Positions 1 through 9,180 of a DNA stretch of 64,000 nt are shown one piece after another. Location: positions 1 through 64,000 of the forward strand of contig JAXLQJ010000009.1 of NCBI GenBank assembly GCA_046331705.1. Direction: 5' to 3'. A program made the translations under genes and the position numbers. Origin of the DNA: a bacterium (lineage in GTDB: Bacteria; JADJOY01). Position 1 is the first letter of the stretch; the number at the start of each line of letters is the position of its first letter. The notes beneath the pieces were generated by a model. It was not told the origin of the DNA, ran no database searches, and worked only from the letters and a program-made list of their open reading frames with translations.

Positions 1-1
1 C

Positions 2-2095
2 CTCGGCGCCGAGCCCTGGGGCGCGGCCGTCGCCGGCGTCGCGTGCGCGACGAGCGGCCTCGTCGCCGGCCACGTGGCGCTCGGCGAGATGCCGCATCTG
101 CACGCGATGGCGTGGACGCCGTGGTGTCTGTCGCTCGCCCTCGAGGGCCTGCGCGGGCGGCGGCGCGCATTCGCGTGGCTCGCCGGCGTCATCGCGCTCA
201 CGATCCTCGCGGGTCACGTCCAGTACGCGTACCAGGCGCTGGTGGGGCTCGCGATCTTCGTGCTGACGGCGTGCGCGCTGGATCCGGACGCGCGCCGCGG
301 CTGGACCAGCGGGCTGCCGCGGGCGGCGCTCGCCACGGCGCTCGGCGTCGCGCTCGCGGGGATCACGCTGCTTCCCGCGCTCGCATACGTGAGCCACTCG
401 AATCGCGGCGGCGGCCTCGACTGGAACACCTCCACGATGGGCGCGATCCACCCGCTCGAGCTGATCCGTGCCTTCGTCCCCGGCTTCTTCGGCACCGCCA
501 ACGACAGCGTCTATTGGGGCGGCTTCATCCGCGAGATGTCGACGCCCTACGTCGGCCTCGTGCCGCTGGTCGCGCTGCCGTGGGCCGTCACGGGCCGTCT
601 GCGACGCAGCGCGCTCCTGCTCGCGCCGATGGGCCTCTTCGGGTTGCTCGTGGCTTTCAGCGCCTACACGCCGGTGCACCGCTGGATGTACGCCGTGCTG
701 CCCGGATTCGCATTCTTTCGAATGCCGGTGCGCTGGCTGCACCTCGGCGTGCTGGCGCTCGCGGTGAGCGGTGGTCTGGGCCTGTCGTCGGCGCTCGGTC
801 CGCGCGTGTGGCATGCGCCCGACTGGCGCCAGGCGCTGCGTGCGGTGATGGTGCCGGCAGCGCTCGCGATCTTCCTCGTGGCGTTGTTCGTGCATCGGCA
901 GCCCACGTGGTCCAAACGCTTCTGGCAGCTCGAGCACGGCCTGCGGGCGCGCGTGGATTCGTTTCTGGGACCGGAGCCCGAGCGTCGCGATCCCGACTGG
1001 GACTACCACCGCTTGATCCGCGTGCGGGACGCGGAGAACGGGACGAAGCTCGCGCTGGGACTGGCGAGCGCCGCCGCCGTGTTGCTGCTGCTCGCCCGGG
1101 ATCGATCGCTCGCGTCGCAGGTGGCCGCATGGGCATTGCTCGTTCTGGCTTCCGTCGATCTCTGGCTGAGCGGACACGAATCCGTCGGCACGGTGCCTCG
1201 GGCACGCCTCGAAACACCGGCGCCGATCCGCGAGCTCCTCGCGTCCCAGCCCCTCGGCCGTACCGTGACCCTCGTGCCCGGTACCGCGGTCTCGCGCCCC
1301 GGGTTCTTCGACGAGAGCTATCCGGGGTTCAATCGCTTCTCGCAGTCGTACCAGCACCGCGCCATGGCGGAAGGCTGGCGGAACGTGGCAGGCGTGTTCT
1401 TCGTGGTGCCTGCTGGATACCGAGCGCTGGCTGGCGTGAGCTCGAGCTTCGAGCACGAGACCGTGCGCGATCGGCCCATTCTCGATCTGCTGGGCGTGCG
1501 CTGGGCGCTGGTGCCCCGGGATGACCCGCCGCCCGAGGCGGAGGCGCTCGGGGAGTGGCTCGACCGCGGCACGTTCGACGATCTTCGTCTGCTCGAGAAC
1601 CCCTCGCCCAGCCCGCGCGTCTTCATTCCCGAGCGCGTCGAGATCGCGGGCGATGCCGCAGCCGCGCGCGAGCGGCTGCTCGCGCCCCAGGTGGCGCGCT
1701 CGACCGCCGTGCTCGTCCGCGACGATCTCGACCCGCGCGCGACGAGCACGCTCGCCCTCGCATCGCGCGGCGTCGCCGGTGGCCGCGCGACGCTGCGCGA
1801 GGAGCGCGACGAGCGGCTCGTCATCGACGTCGACGTGGCGCGAGACGCCTTACTGGTCGTCGCCGACAGCTTCGACACCGGCTGGAGCGCGGCCATCGAC
1901 GGTCGCGACGCGCCGGTGCTCCGCGCCGACCTGGCGCTTCGCGCCGTACCGATCCCCGCGGGCACGCACACGGTCGTGCTGCGCTACCGGCCCCGCTCCT
2001 GGATCGCCGGCATCGCCGTGACGCTCGTCGCGTTCGGTATCTGGATCACGTGGCTGCGACGGGTGCGCGAGCCGCGCTCGAGCGAGTCGCGATGA
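2..2095 (+). CDS. YfhO-family (GT-C-like) multi-pass membrane protein, 5'-truncated by the window edge
   Basis: Open frame from the window edge. Many TM segments, ILAGHVQY, FFRMPVRW and a YfhO-type C-terminal domain LVVADSFDTGWSAAIDG...AVPIPAGTHTVVLRYRP followed by a final TM helix. Confidence 0.85.
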   Translation, partial: LGAEPWGAAVAGVACATSGLVAGHVALGEMPHLHAMAWTPWCLSLALEGLRGRRRAFAWLAGVIALTILAGHVQYAYQALVGLAIFVLTACALDPDARRGWTSGLPRAALATALGVALAGITLLPALAYVSHSNRGGGLDWNTSTMGAIHPLELIRAFVPGFFGTANDSVYWGGFIREMSTPYVGLVPLVALPWAVTGRLRRSALLLAPMGLFGLLVAFSAYTPVHRWMYAVLPGFAFFRMPVRWLHLGVLALAVSGGLGLSSALGPRVWHAPDWRQALRAVMVPAALAIFLVALFVHRQPTWSKRFWQLEHGLRARVDSFLGPEPERRDPDWDYHRLIRVRDAENGTKLALGLASAAAVLLLLARDRSLASQVAAWALLVLASVDLWLSGHESVGTVPRARLETPAPIRELLASQPLGRTVTLVPGTAVSRPGFFDESYPGFNRFSQSYQHRAMAEGWRNVAGVFFVVPAGYRALAGVSSSFEHETVRDRPILDLLGVRWALVPRDDPPPEAEALGEWLDRGTFDDLRLLENPSPSPRVFIPERVEIAGDAAAARERLLAPQVARSTAVLVRDDLDPRATSTLALASRGVAGGRATLREERDERLVIDVDVARDALLVVADSFDTGWSAAIDGRDAPVLRADLALRAVPIPAGTHTVVLRYRPRSWIAGIAVTLVAFGIWITWLRRVREPRSSESR

Positions 2096-3090
2096 CCGCC
2101 ACGGGCGCGCGCGCTCGATCCGGCGGGCGTGCTCCGGGGCCGATTCGGCGCCTGCGCTGGACCGCGCTTTCCCTCGCCCTCGCGCTCGCGCTCCTGGAAG
2201 CGCTCGGCCGACTGTTGCCCGCGCCCCCGATTCGCTCGGCCTGGAGCATTCCGATCCTGCTCACCCAGCGCGCCTACGTCGAGCGCGACCCGGTGCTCTT
2301 CTGGAAGCTTCCTCACAAGGCCGAGCCGCGCTTCGAGTCCGCGGCGCGCCATCGCGTGCTCTGCCTCGCCGACTCCGTCACCGTGATGGACGACGGCCAC
2401 GGCTACCCGGAGATGCTGGAACCGCTGCTCGCCACGCGCCTCGACGGCGGCGTCTCGGTGTGGAACGCGGGCGTGCCTGGCTACACCACCGAGCAGGCGC
2501 TGCGTTATCTCGCGGCCTACGGCGCCGCGGCAGCGCCCACCATCGTCACGGTGCAGCTCGCCTGGAACGATCACTCCCCGGCCATGGGCGGCAAGCCCGA
2601 CCACGAGGTGCGATTGCCACCGCGCTGGGTGCTCCGCGCGCAGGCCGTGCTCGACGATTCCGGCCTCTACCAGATGCTGCGACGCGCAGTCGGCAAGGGT
2701 CGTTACGTGCCCGGACCGGGGCTGCGCGTTCCACTCGATCGCTACCGCGCGAATCTCGAGGCGCTGGTCGCGCGCTCGCGGATGCGTGGTGCCCGGGTCG
2801 TGCTGCTCACGTCGCCGTACCTGAGCGAGCACGAGCCCTACACGCCGATCCACCACGCCTACAACGCGGCGCTCCTCGAGGTCGCGAGCGCCACGGGAGC
2901 GACGGCGCTCGACGTCACCGCGCCGTTCGTCGATCACCCCGAGCTCTTCCTGCGACCCGAGAGCGATCACGTCCACTTCAACGCGGAAGGAAGTCGGCTC
3001 ATCGCGGAGCGTCTCGCCGAGACCCTCGCGCGCGTGGCGGCGGAGCCGGCGAGCGCACCGCGAGCCGACGCCCGCTCCCCGGCCTCGTGA
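2092..3090 (+). CDS. SGNH/GDSL hydrolase-family protein with N-terminal membrane anchor (332 aa)
   Basis: ATG at 2092 overlaps the upstream TGA (ATGA). Blocks LCLADSVT, NAGVPGYTT, QLAWND and DHVHFN. Confidence 0.85.
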   Translation: MTATGARARSGGRAPGPIRRLRWTALSLALALALLEALGRLLPAPPIRSAWSIPILLTQRAYVERDPVLFWKLPHKAEPRFESAARHRVLCLADSVTVMDDGHGYPEMLEPLLATRLDGGVSVWNAGVPGYTTEQALRYLAAYGAAAAPTIVTVQLAWNDHSPAMGGKPDHEVRLPPRWVLRAQAVLDDSGLYQMLRRAVGKGRYVPGPGLRVPLDRYRANLEALVARSRMRGARVVLLTSPYLSEHEPYTPIHHAYNAALLEVASATGATALDVTAPFVDHPELFLRPESDHVHFNAEGSRLIAERLAETLARVAAEPASAPRADARSPAS

Positions 3091-3156
3091 CGAAGCCGTC
3101 GCGAGCTTCTTCGCGAAACGTCCGCGCGGACTGACGGCGACTGACGCGAGCCGCGC

Positions 3157-4533
3157 TCAGCGACCGGCGTGCGCGGCCAGCGCAAGCCACCCGACGCGCG
3201 CGACGACCGCCCCGCAGAGCACCAGCGTCGCGGCGAAGAACGCCACCCATGCCTGCCGATCCGAGGTGTCGCGATTGCCGGCAGGAGCGCTGGCACCGCC
3301 CATGGCCACGTCGAGCCGCAGCGCCGTCGACACCATGAGGTGCGCCGCGGCCATGGCACCGACCCACGAGGCGAGCATCTCGAGCGTCGGAATCGCCTGC
3401 GCCGCGAGTCGCGGACGCGCCGTCCGCCAGGCGATCGGACCACCCACACCGAACACCAGATCGTGCAGCCAGACGAGCGTGAGCCCGCTCATGGATGTCA
3501 CGAACCAACCGATCGACACGAGCAGGAAGACGTGCAGGACCCACATCGCCCGCGAGCGATCCCGCCGCTCGGCGGGCTCCGTCGCCATGGCCGTCTGCAG
3601 TCCCAGCCAGCGCCCGCCGCGAGATCGAAGGAGCCCCGCGAGCGCGCCACTGGCCAGCGCCAGCGCGCCCAGGGCTGCGACGGCGCCGTTCACGAAACGA
3701 CCGTGGTCGAATTGGAGGCGTTCGTAGAGCATCCAATCCCGGCCGCGCCCGTAGAGCAGCGGCAACGCGCTCGGCCCCAGCAACGTCGCCGCGAGGTCCG
3801 CCAGGACCACCGCGAGGAGCGTCGCCCGTGCGCTCGTCGGGGAGCGTCGCTCGGCCCAGTCGATCGCCAGCGCGGTCACGAGCACGAGCTCGCAGACGTG
3901 CACGAATCGCGTCGGCACGTCGAAGTGAACCTCGCCACCCATGCTCGGGATCGTGAGCAGCGGAGCGAGCCAGCACGCGACGAGCGCCGCGCGCGACCAG
4001 CGCTGAGCGGGAGCTGCTGCAGGCGAACCGACGACCGCTCCCTCGCCGCCAGCACCGATGTGCGCGCTCACCAGCGCCAGGCCTAACGCCAGCGACGCCA
4101 GCGCGGCGGGGCTCGCGAGCTCGCGTGCCGCGGGCCACGCGAAGAAGACCCCGGCTCCGAAGCGAGTCGCGTACACCTCGGTCAGGAGCACGTCGCGCAG
4201 CCCCGAGAGCACACTCGCTGCAGCGAACAACGCGGCCACGCGCGCGAGACCCGCCCGCTCGGCGGCGATCGACGCGGGCCGGGAATCGCCCACCCCGAGC
4301 GCCACCGCGCCCTCCAGGAACGCGAAGCCGAGCAGCGGCACCTGAAGCGTGAACGCCCACGAGAGCCACAGGCTGCCCACCGACTTCCCGGCGTGCATGC
4401 CCGCGTAGTAGAGCGCGTTGAAGAAGTGCAGGAACGGCGCGTAGCCGACGACCAGGATCCCGAGGACCAGCAGCAGCCGCGCCAGCGAGCGCCGCGCCCG
4501 TTCGGCCGTGGTCGCTGCGCGTGCTTCGCTCAC
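3157..4533 (-). CDS. Hypothetical multi-pass membrane protein (458 aa)
   Basis: GTG at 4533 overlaps the upstream TGA (GTGA). About 10 hydrophobic segments; no family motif recognised. Confidence 0.7.
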   Translation of the reverse strand: MSEARAATTAERARRSLARLLLVLGILVVGYAPFLHFFNALYYAGMHAGKSVGSLWLSWAFTLQVPLLGFAFLEGAVALGVGDSRPASIAAERAGLARVAALFAAASVLSGLRDVLLTEVYATRFGAGVFFAWPAARELASPAALASLALGLALVSAHIGAGGEGAVVGSPAAAPAQRWSRAALVACWLAPLLTIPSMGGEVHFDVPTRFVHVCELVLVTALAIDWAERRSPTSARATLLAVVLADLAATLLGPSALPLLYGRGRDWMLYERLQFDHGRFVNGAVAALGALALASGALAGLLRSRGGRWLGLQTAMATEPAERRDRSRAMWVLHVFLLVSIGWFVTSMSGLTLVWLHDLVFGVGGPIAWRTARPRLAAQAIPTLEMLASWVGAMAAAHLMVSTALRLDVAMGGASAPAGNRDTSDRQAWVAFFAATLVLCGAVVARVGWLALAAHAGR

Positions 4534-5678
4534 GGCGCCGGGCTCCCGCGCTCCGCTCGGGCGAGCGGCGCTCCCGCGCCCTCGAGCTCCACGCGATGCA
4601 GCTGCCCATCGCCCAGGCTCGCGATCCAGAGCGCACGGCGGGACTCGTCGACGACGGCCGCGCTGGGTTTCCGCACGTCGACGTGGCGTACGATCTCGCC
4701 AGAGTCGACCGCGAGCGCGTCCGCGCGATCGCCGGCCCGCGACACCGCCCACACCTCGGCGCGGGACGCGTCGAGCGCGAGGACGGAAACGGGCTCGGGT
4801 ACGGAAAGCCGCCGGCGCACGGCGAGCGTGCTCGCGGCGATCTCCAGGATCTGCGGGCGCGCGCCGTCCGCGATCCAGTAGCGTTCACCGTCCGCGAGCG
4901 CCACGATCGCGAGCGGTAGCGATCCCACCTTCACCTCCCGCAGCGTCGTGAGCCCGGGCCACGCGATCTCGACCAGCGAGGCCGCGGACGGGCGCACCAG
5001 CAGCAGCGGTCCCGACGCTCCCCGCATCGTCAGCGGCAGGGCGTTGTGGTCGTGATAGGGACCGGCCAGGTCGACGCCCGGCGCGCGCGTCTCGAGCTCG
5101 TGGCCGTTCCATGCGAGCGCCGTGAGCCACGCGAAGTCCTTGTGGAAGCCGACGCCGGATCCGATGTGTCCGGCGATGGTCACGAGCGCGCCGCTGGTCG
5201 GCTCGCGGACGAGCGTCTCGACCTGTCCCTCGAAACCGCCCTCGGGAACGGTGAACGGCGAGTGACGCGCCTCGCAGCGCTGCCAGCGCCGGGAAGCGGA
5301 ATCACCCGACTCGGGACAGAAACAATCGGGAGGGGTGGGGTCCGGGGCGTCGTGGACCGCGCACACGTGGTCGCGGCTGTAGCAGACGAAGAAGAGCATC
5401 CGCTCCCGTGGCGACCAGGCGAGCGCCGCGGGCCGATGTCCCCGCACCAGCGTGACGCCCTGGATCGCGCCCGGTCGATCGGTGGCCACCACCGTCTGGG
5501 CATTCCACGATCCGACGAAGACCCGGCCGGTGAAGTCGTCGAGCGCGAGCGTGGTCGGGCCGCCCGCTGCACCGAGCCGCTCGGCGTCGATCCAGCCCAG
5601 CCCGGCGATCGCTCGGCTCAACGCGAACACGCTCACGAGCACGAGCAGCCACGCCCCCCCGCGCTCGCGCCGCTGCAT
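4530..5678 (-). CDS. Exported YncE/YVTN-type beta-propeller protein (382 aa)
   Basis: N-terminal hydrophobic signal or anchor, and repeated blades such as VKVGSLPLAIVALADGERYWIAD and VDVRKPSAAVVDESRRALWIAS. Contains a Cys-rich insert. Confidence 0.75.
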   Translation of the reverse strand: MQRRERGGAWLLVLVSVFALSRAIAGLGWIDAERLGAAGGPTTLALDDFTGRVFVGSWNAQTVVATDRPGAIQGVTLVRGHRPAALAWSPRERMLFFVCYSRDHVCAVHDAPDPTPPDCFCPESGDSASRRWQRCEARHSPFTVPEGGFEGQVETLVREPTSGALVTIAGHIGSGVGFHKDFAWLTALAWNGHELETRAPGVDLAGPYHDHNALPLTMRGASGPLLLVRPSAASLVEIAWPGLTTLREVKVGSLPLAIVALADGERYWIADGARPQILEIAASTLAVRRRLSVPEPVSVLALDASRAEVWAVSRAGDRADALAVDSGEIVRHVDVRKPSAAVVDESRRALWIASLGDGQLHRVELEGAGAPLARAERGSPAP

Positions 5679-5840
5679 CGTGGTGGTCCCCGCTTCCGAG
5701 GTGATGCTAGATACCGGGCGTTCCAGCCGCCGAGCCGCGGCCGACGGCGCGGCGAGCGGCAGCGGGGCTCCGCGACCCGCTGCCGCGCGCGGCGTCCCCC
5801 GACTCCCATCCGCGAATCACCCACGCACGAGGCATCGAAG

Positions 5841-6242
5841 GTGTCGATCTTATCCCTGCTCGCCGACGGAATGCTGATCGTCGTGCTGGTGCTGGTGCTT
5901 CGCGAGGGTGCGTTCGCGCGCTTGCGGGCCCGCCTGCGCCGCGCGCCGCAGCGCCGTGACGCGCCCTCCCGAGTCGAGATCCGCCTCGGCGCCACCGGCG
6001 CCGTCACGATCGAGCACGTCGCGACGCGCGAATCCTGGACCGTGAACCTCGCCGCGCTCGCCGACGGCACGCGCGAGATCGCCGCCGCCTCCGGCGACGC
6101 CCTGGTGTTGCTCGGCCCTGCGCGTCCGCCGGTCGAGGTGTCGACGCACGGCGCCACCTCGGTGCTGCTGGTCTTCCGACCGGACGACGACGGCCCCGCC
6201 GACCCCAGCCCCGCTCCGCGCTGGGTCGTTCGCGCGAGCTGA
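5841..6242 (+). CDS. Small hypothetical protein with N-terminal TM helix (about 133 aa)
   Basis: GTG start; VSILSLLADGMLIVVLVLVL followed by a beta-rich region. Fills the gap before the 6317 gene. Confidence 0.55.
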   Translation: MSILSLLADGMLIVVLVLVLREGAFARLRARLRRAPQRRDAPSRVEIRLGATGAVTIEHVATRESWTVNLAALADGTREIAAASGDALVLLGPARPPVEVSTHGATSVLLVFRPDDDGPADPSPAPRWVVRAS

Positions 6243-6316
6243 GCGGGCTCGGGCGAGGTGCGCTCCATCGCCACCGAGCTGCATCGCAGGCTCGCGCCTG
6301 GGCGTTCGAGGCGCCG

Positions 6317-8158
6317 TTGAGCGATCCACCGAGTGATCCGACCGCCGTGACGTCCTCCACGCCGACACCGAGCTCCTGGCGCGCGCGTGCGCTCACCGCA
6401 TGCCGCGCCACGGCGCTGGTCGCCATCTCCGGACTCGTGATCGAGGTCTTCATCGAGCCCGATCCACGGGGCGGTGGGCTGCTGACCCTCTTTCGCGCGA
6501 TGGCCTTGCCCTTCGCGATCGTCGTCCGCGTCCTCGGCGAGCGCGATCGCGTGTCGCTGACGCTCACGGTCCTCGCCGTCACGGCGCTCGCGGCGGCGCG
6601 GCTGCTGGCTCGTGAGCGCGTGCTGCCCGCATCGATGCGCCGCGGCTTCGTGCCGCTGATTCGCGAGCTCTACTGCTGGCTTCACGCGCTCGCGCTGATG
6701 CCGGTGGTGTTGTTGCTCACGATCTCGGGAACGAGCCGGATCGTGCCGGCGGCGCTCTTCTTCCTCTACGTCGCTCACCTCGTGGACTCGCCGGGGCTCG
6801 CGCGACTGGTGCGCGTGAGCCGCTGGCTCGCGAGCGCCGGCGCGGGCTTGCTGGCGACGTGTGTCGCGGTGGTGCTGTGGGGGATCGCGCCGAGCCTGGC
6901 GGTGCTGACGCTCGTCGCCGCTGGGCTCGCGAGCGCCGAGGCGACCCATCCCGCCGGCAGCACGCGCGGGGCGCGCCGGATGTGGGCGGTCGGCGCCGTG
7001 CTGCTCGCGTGCTGCGATCAATGGAACTTCGTGCTCGCTGGCGCCGCGGACAGCTGGCTCGCGTGGAAGCTCGGGCTCTTTCGGCATGCCACCACGCGCA
7101 CCATGCGGGCCGCGCCGTTGGTGGTGCTGCTGGCGGGCCAGGTGCTCATCGGCCGCGGCTTCGCGCTGCTGATGGGCTTTCGCCCCGCCGAGAGTCGGTG
7201 GATCGAGCGACAGCACGGTGTCGACGTGGTGTTGCCCTACCCGTTCTGGCGCGATCCGACCCTCGGTGAGCACATCACCCTGACCGCACCCGCGTGCGAC
7301 GGGACGGGCGCGCTGGTGGGCTCGATCTCGACGTCGCGCTGGGTGGGCGGAGGTCCAGACGGCATCCGGCCGCGGCTGCGCCGCATCGACGCCGAAGGTC
7401 GCACGCTCGCACGCGGCGAGGACGTGATCGAGCCGAGCTACACGTCCGTGCTCGATTGCCGCCGTGGTGTGCTGGCCGTGGGCGACGCGATGGAGCCGCG
7501 CTTGTCGATCGTCGATGCGGTGACCCTCGAGCGCATCCGACACGCCGAGCTCCCGTGTGTCGATCCGCAGATCGCCGCGGTCACCGCGCTCGAATCGCTC
7601 GACCTGTGGACGGTTTCCTGCGGCTCGACGGTGTTGCGCGAGCGCGAGACCCTCGAGCCTGCGGGCACGCTGCCGTTCGCGAGCTTCGACACGCGACCGG
7701 ACGCGGCGGGATTCACCGGACTCGACGCTGCGGGGTCGTACGCCGCGCGCATCGCCCGCCGCGACGGTCCGCTCGAGATCGAGAGCGTCTACCGCACCGC
7801 GAGCTGGAGCGCCACCACGGTGACCGCGACACCCTGGGGCGACGTGAGCGTGGCGCTCTCGCGCCTCGTCCTCCACGATCCCACCCGCCACCAGGTGCTC
7901 GCCGAGCGCGACCTGGGGGCCTGGATTCGCTACCTCCGCGGGCACCCGCGGCTCCCGCTGCTCACCGCGAGCGACTATCTGCGCGGGCGCGTCTACCTGC
8001 TGCGCCTGCCCGACCTCACCGTGCTCGGCGACTGGTTCGTCGGCGAGCGCCCTCGTCGCGCCTGGCTCGACGACGCCGGTGACGCGCTGTGGGTGGGTTC
8101 GGCGGCGGGAGTGGTCCGCGTCGACGTGCGCGGCCTCACGCGTCCGGCACGCCCCTGA
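6317..8158 (+). CDS. Membrane protein: N-terminal TM bundle plus C-terminal beta-propeller (about 613 aa, start uncertain)
   Basis: About 7-8 TM segments, then a soluble domain ending VGERPRRAWLDDAGDALWVGSAAGVVRVDV. Paralog of 36888..38519. Confidence 0.75.
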   Translation: MSDPPSDPTAVTSSTPTPSSWRARALTACRATALVAISGLVIEVFIEPDPRGGGLLTLFRAMALPFAIVVRVLGERDRVSLTLTVLAVTALAAARLLARERVLPASMRRGFVPLIRELYCWLHALALMPVVLLLTISGTSRIVPAALFFLYVAHLVDSPGLARLVRVSRWLASAGAGLLATCVAVVLWGIAPSLAVLTLVAAGLASAEATHPAGSTRGARRMWAVGAVLLACCDQWNFVLAGAADSWLAWKLGLFRHATTRTMRAAPLVVLLAGQVLIGRGFALLMGFRPAESRWIERQHGVDVVLPYPFWRDPTLGEHITLTAPACDGTGALVGSISTSRWVGGGPDGIRPRLRRIDAEGRTLARGEDVIEPSYTSVLDCRRGVLAVGDAMEPRLSIVDAVTLERIRHAELPCVDPQIAAVTALESLDLWTVSCGSTVLRERETLEPAGTLPFASFDTRPDAAGFTGLDAAGSYAARIARRDGPLEIESVYRTASWSATTVTATPWGDVSVALSRLVLHDPTRHQVLAERDLGAWIRYLRGHPRLPLLTASDYLRGRVYLLRLPDLTVLGDWFVGERPRRAWLDDAGDALWVGSAAGVVRVDVRGLTRPARP

Positions 8159-8179
8159 GCCGGATCGGCTCAGCGGCGC

Positions 8180-9121
8180 TCAACGACCCGGCCACGCGCG
8201 GCGCTCGAAGAGCCGAAGCCAGCGGCTCGCGCCCTCGTCGCTCACGACCCCGGCGCCGCGCAGTCGATCGAAGATGCGCAACGCCGCGTTCTCGGCGTGA
8301 ATGGCGAGGCCCCGGACGCCGTCCCCGGGCCGCGGCCGATACACCGTGGACCGCGCCGGCTCGGGACTCGGTTCCTCGGTGAAGTAGTAGAGCGCGAGCG
8401 AGTTACGGGTGCGCCCGGGAGGGCAGTCGAGCGGCTCGGGATGACCGTGGCAGGAATCGCGACCGGTGCGGAAGATCACGCAGGTGTTGAGCCGCGGCGT
8501 CACGCGCACGACGCACCGGCTCATGTCGCCCTCCCAGAGCTCCAGGGCGCCGCCGTACGCCTCGTCCCACGCATCGTTCAAGAACAGCACCAAGTTCACG
8601 CGGCGACGCCACTGCCGGCGGCGCGGATGCGTGCCGAAATCGCTGTGGATGTTGAGGAAGCCGCCGCGCGGGGTCTGGTGCAAGCCACCGCCGCACAGAT
8701 CGGGATCGGCGCAGAGCCCCGCGATGCCGGTGACGCGGCTCAAACGCGCGAGGAACTCCGCCCCCGAGAGCTCTTCGACGAGAGCGCGCAGCTCGGGCGG
8801 AAACGTTTCGACGCGCGAGTTTCCGTACTTGCGCTCGTTCCAGTGGACGAAGCGAATCCAGCTCGCGTCGGCCTTCGGGAACACCGCCGCGGCGCGCGCC
8901 GCGCGCTCCGGATCCACGAAAGCCGGCAGGACGAGGTGCGGAAACGGCGACGCGCTCGCGAACGCGCGGGCCAGGCGGTCGAGGTCGCGGGGCGGCAGTG
9001 CCAAGCGTGCCGCGTCGGCCGCGCCTGCGTTCGCGCGCCGTTCGGCGCCCGCTTCGAGACCGAGATCGATGGCCGCCCCCGCCCGCGTCGTCGCTCGTCC
9101 GCCCCTGCTTGCGCCACCCAC
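8180..9121 (-). CDS. 2OG-Fe(II) oxygenase, prolyl-4-hydroxylase-like family (start uncertain)
   Basis: PFPHLVL, GGGLHQ, HxD (IHSD), distal His (SCHGH), RxS (TRNSL) and YGGALELW. Confidence 0.88.
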   Translation of the reverse strand: MGGASRGGRATTRAGAAIDLGLEAGAERRANAGAADAARLALPPRDLDRLARAFASASPFPHLVLPAFVDPERAARAAAVFPKADASWIRFVHWNERKYGNSRVETFPPELRALVEELSGAEFLARLSRVTGIAGLCADPDLCGGGLHQTPRGGFLNIHSDFGTHPRRRQWRRRVNLVLFLNDAWDEAYGGALELWEGDMSRCVVRVTPRLNTCVIFRTGRDSCHGHPEPLDCPPGRTRNSLALYYFTEEPSPEPARSTVYRPRPGDGVRGLAIHAENAALRIFDRLRGAGVVSDEGASRWLRLFERRAWPGR

Positions 9122-9180
9122 CCGCGAGCCGGGGGATTGCTCTCGGTGACGGTGGTGCGTTGGCGCGAACGAACGCGAGG

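Noticed and set aside
3091-3156. Short palindromes (GTCCGCGCGGAC, TCGCGA x2) between convergent genes; similar GC hairpins at 20858-20903, 24990-25025 and 62370-62420
   Set aside because: Short or imperfect GC-rich stems are expected by chance at this GC content. They have no U-tracts and share no sequence, so they are not called as terminators, REPs or ncRNA.
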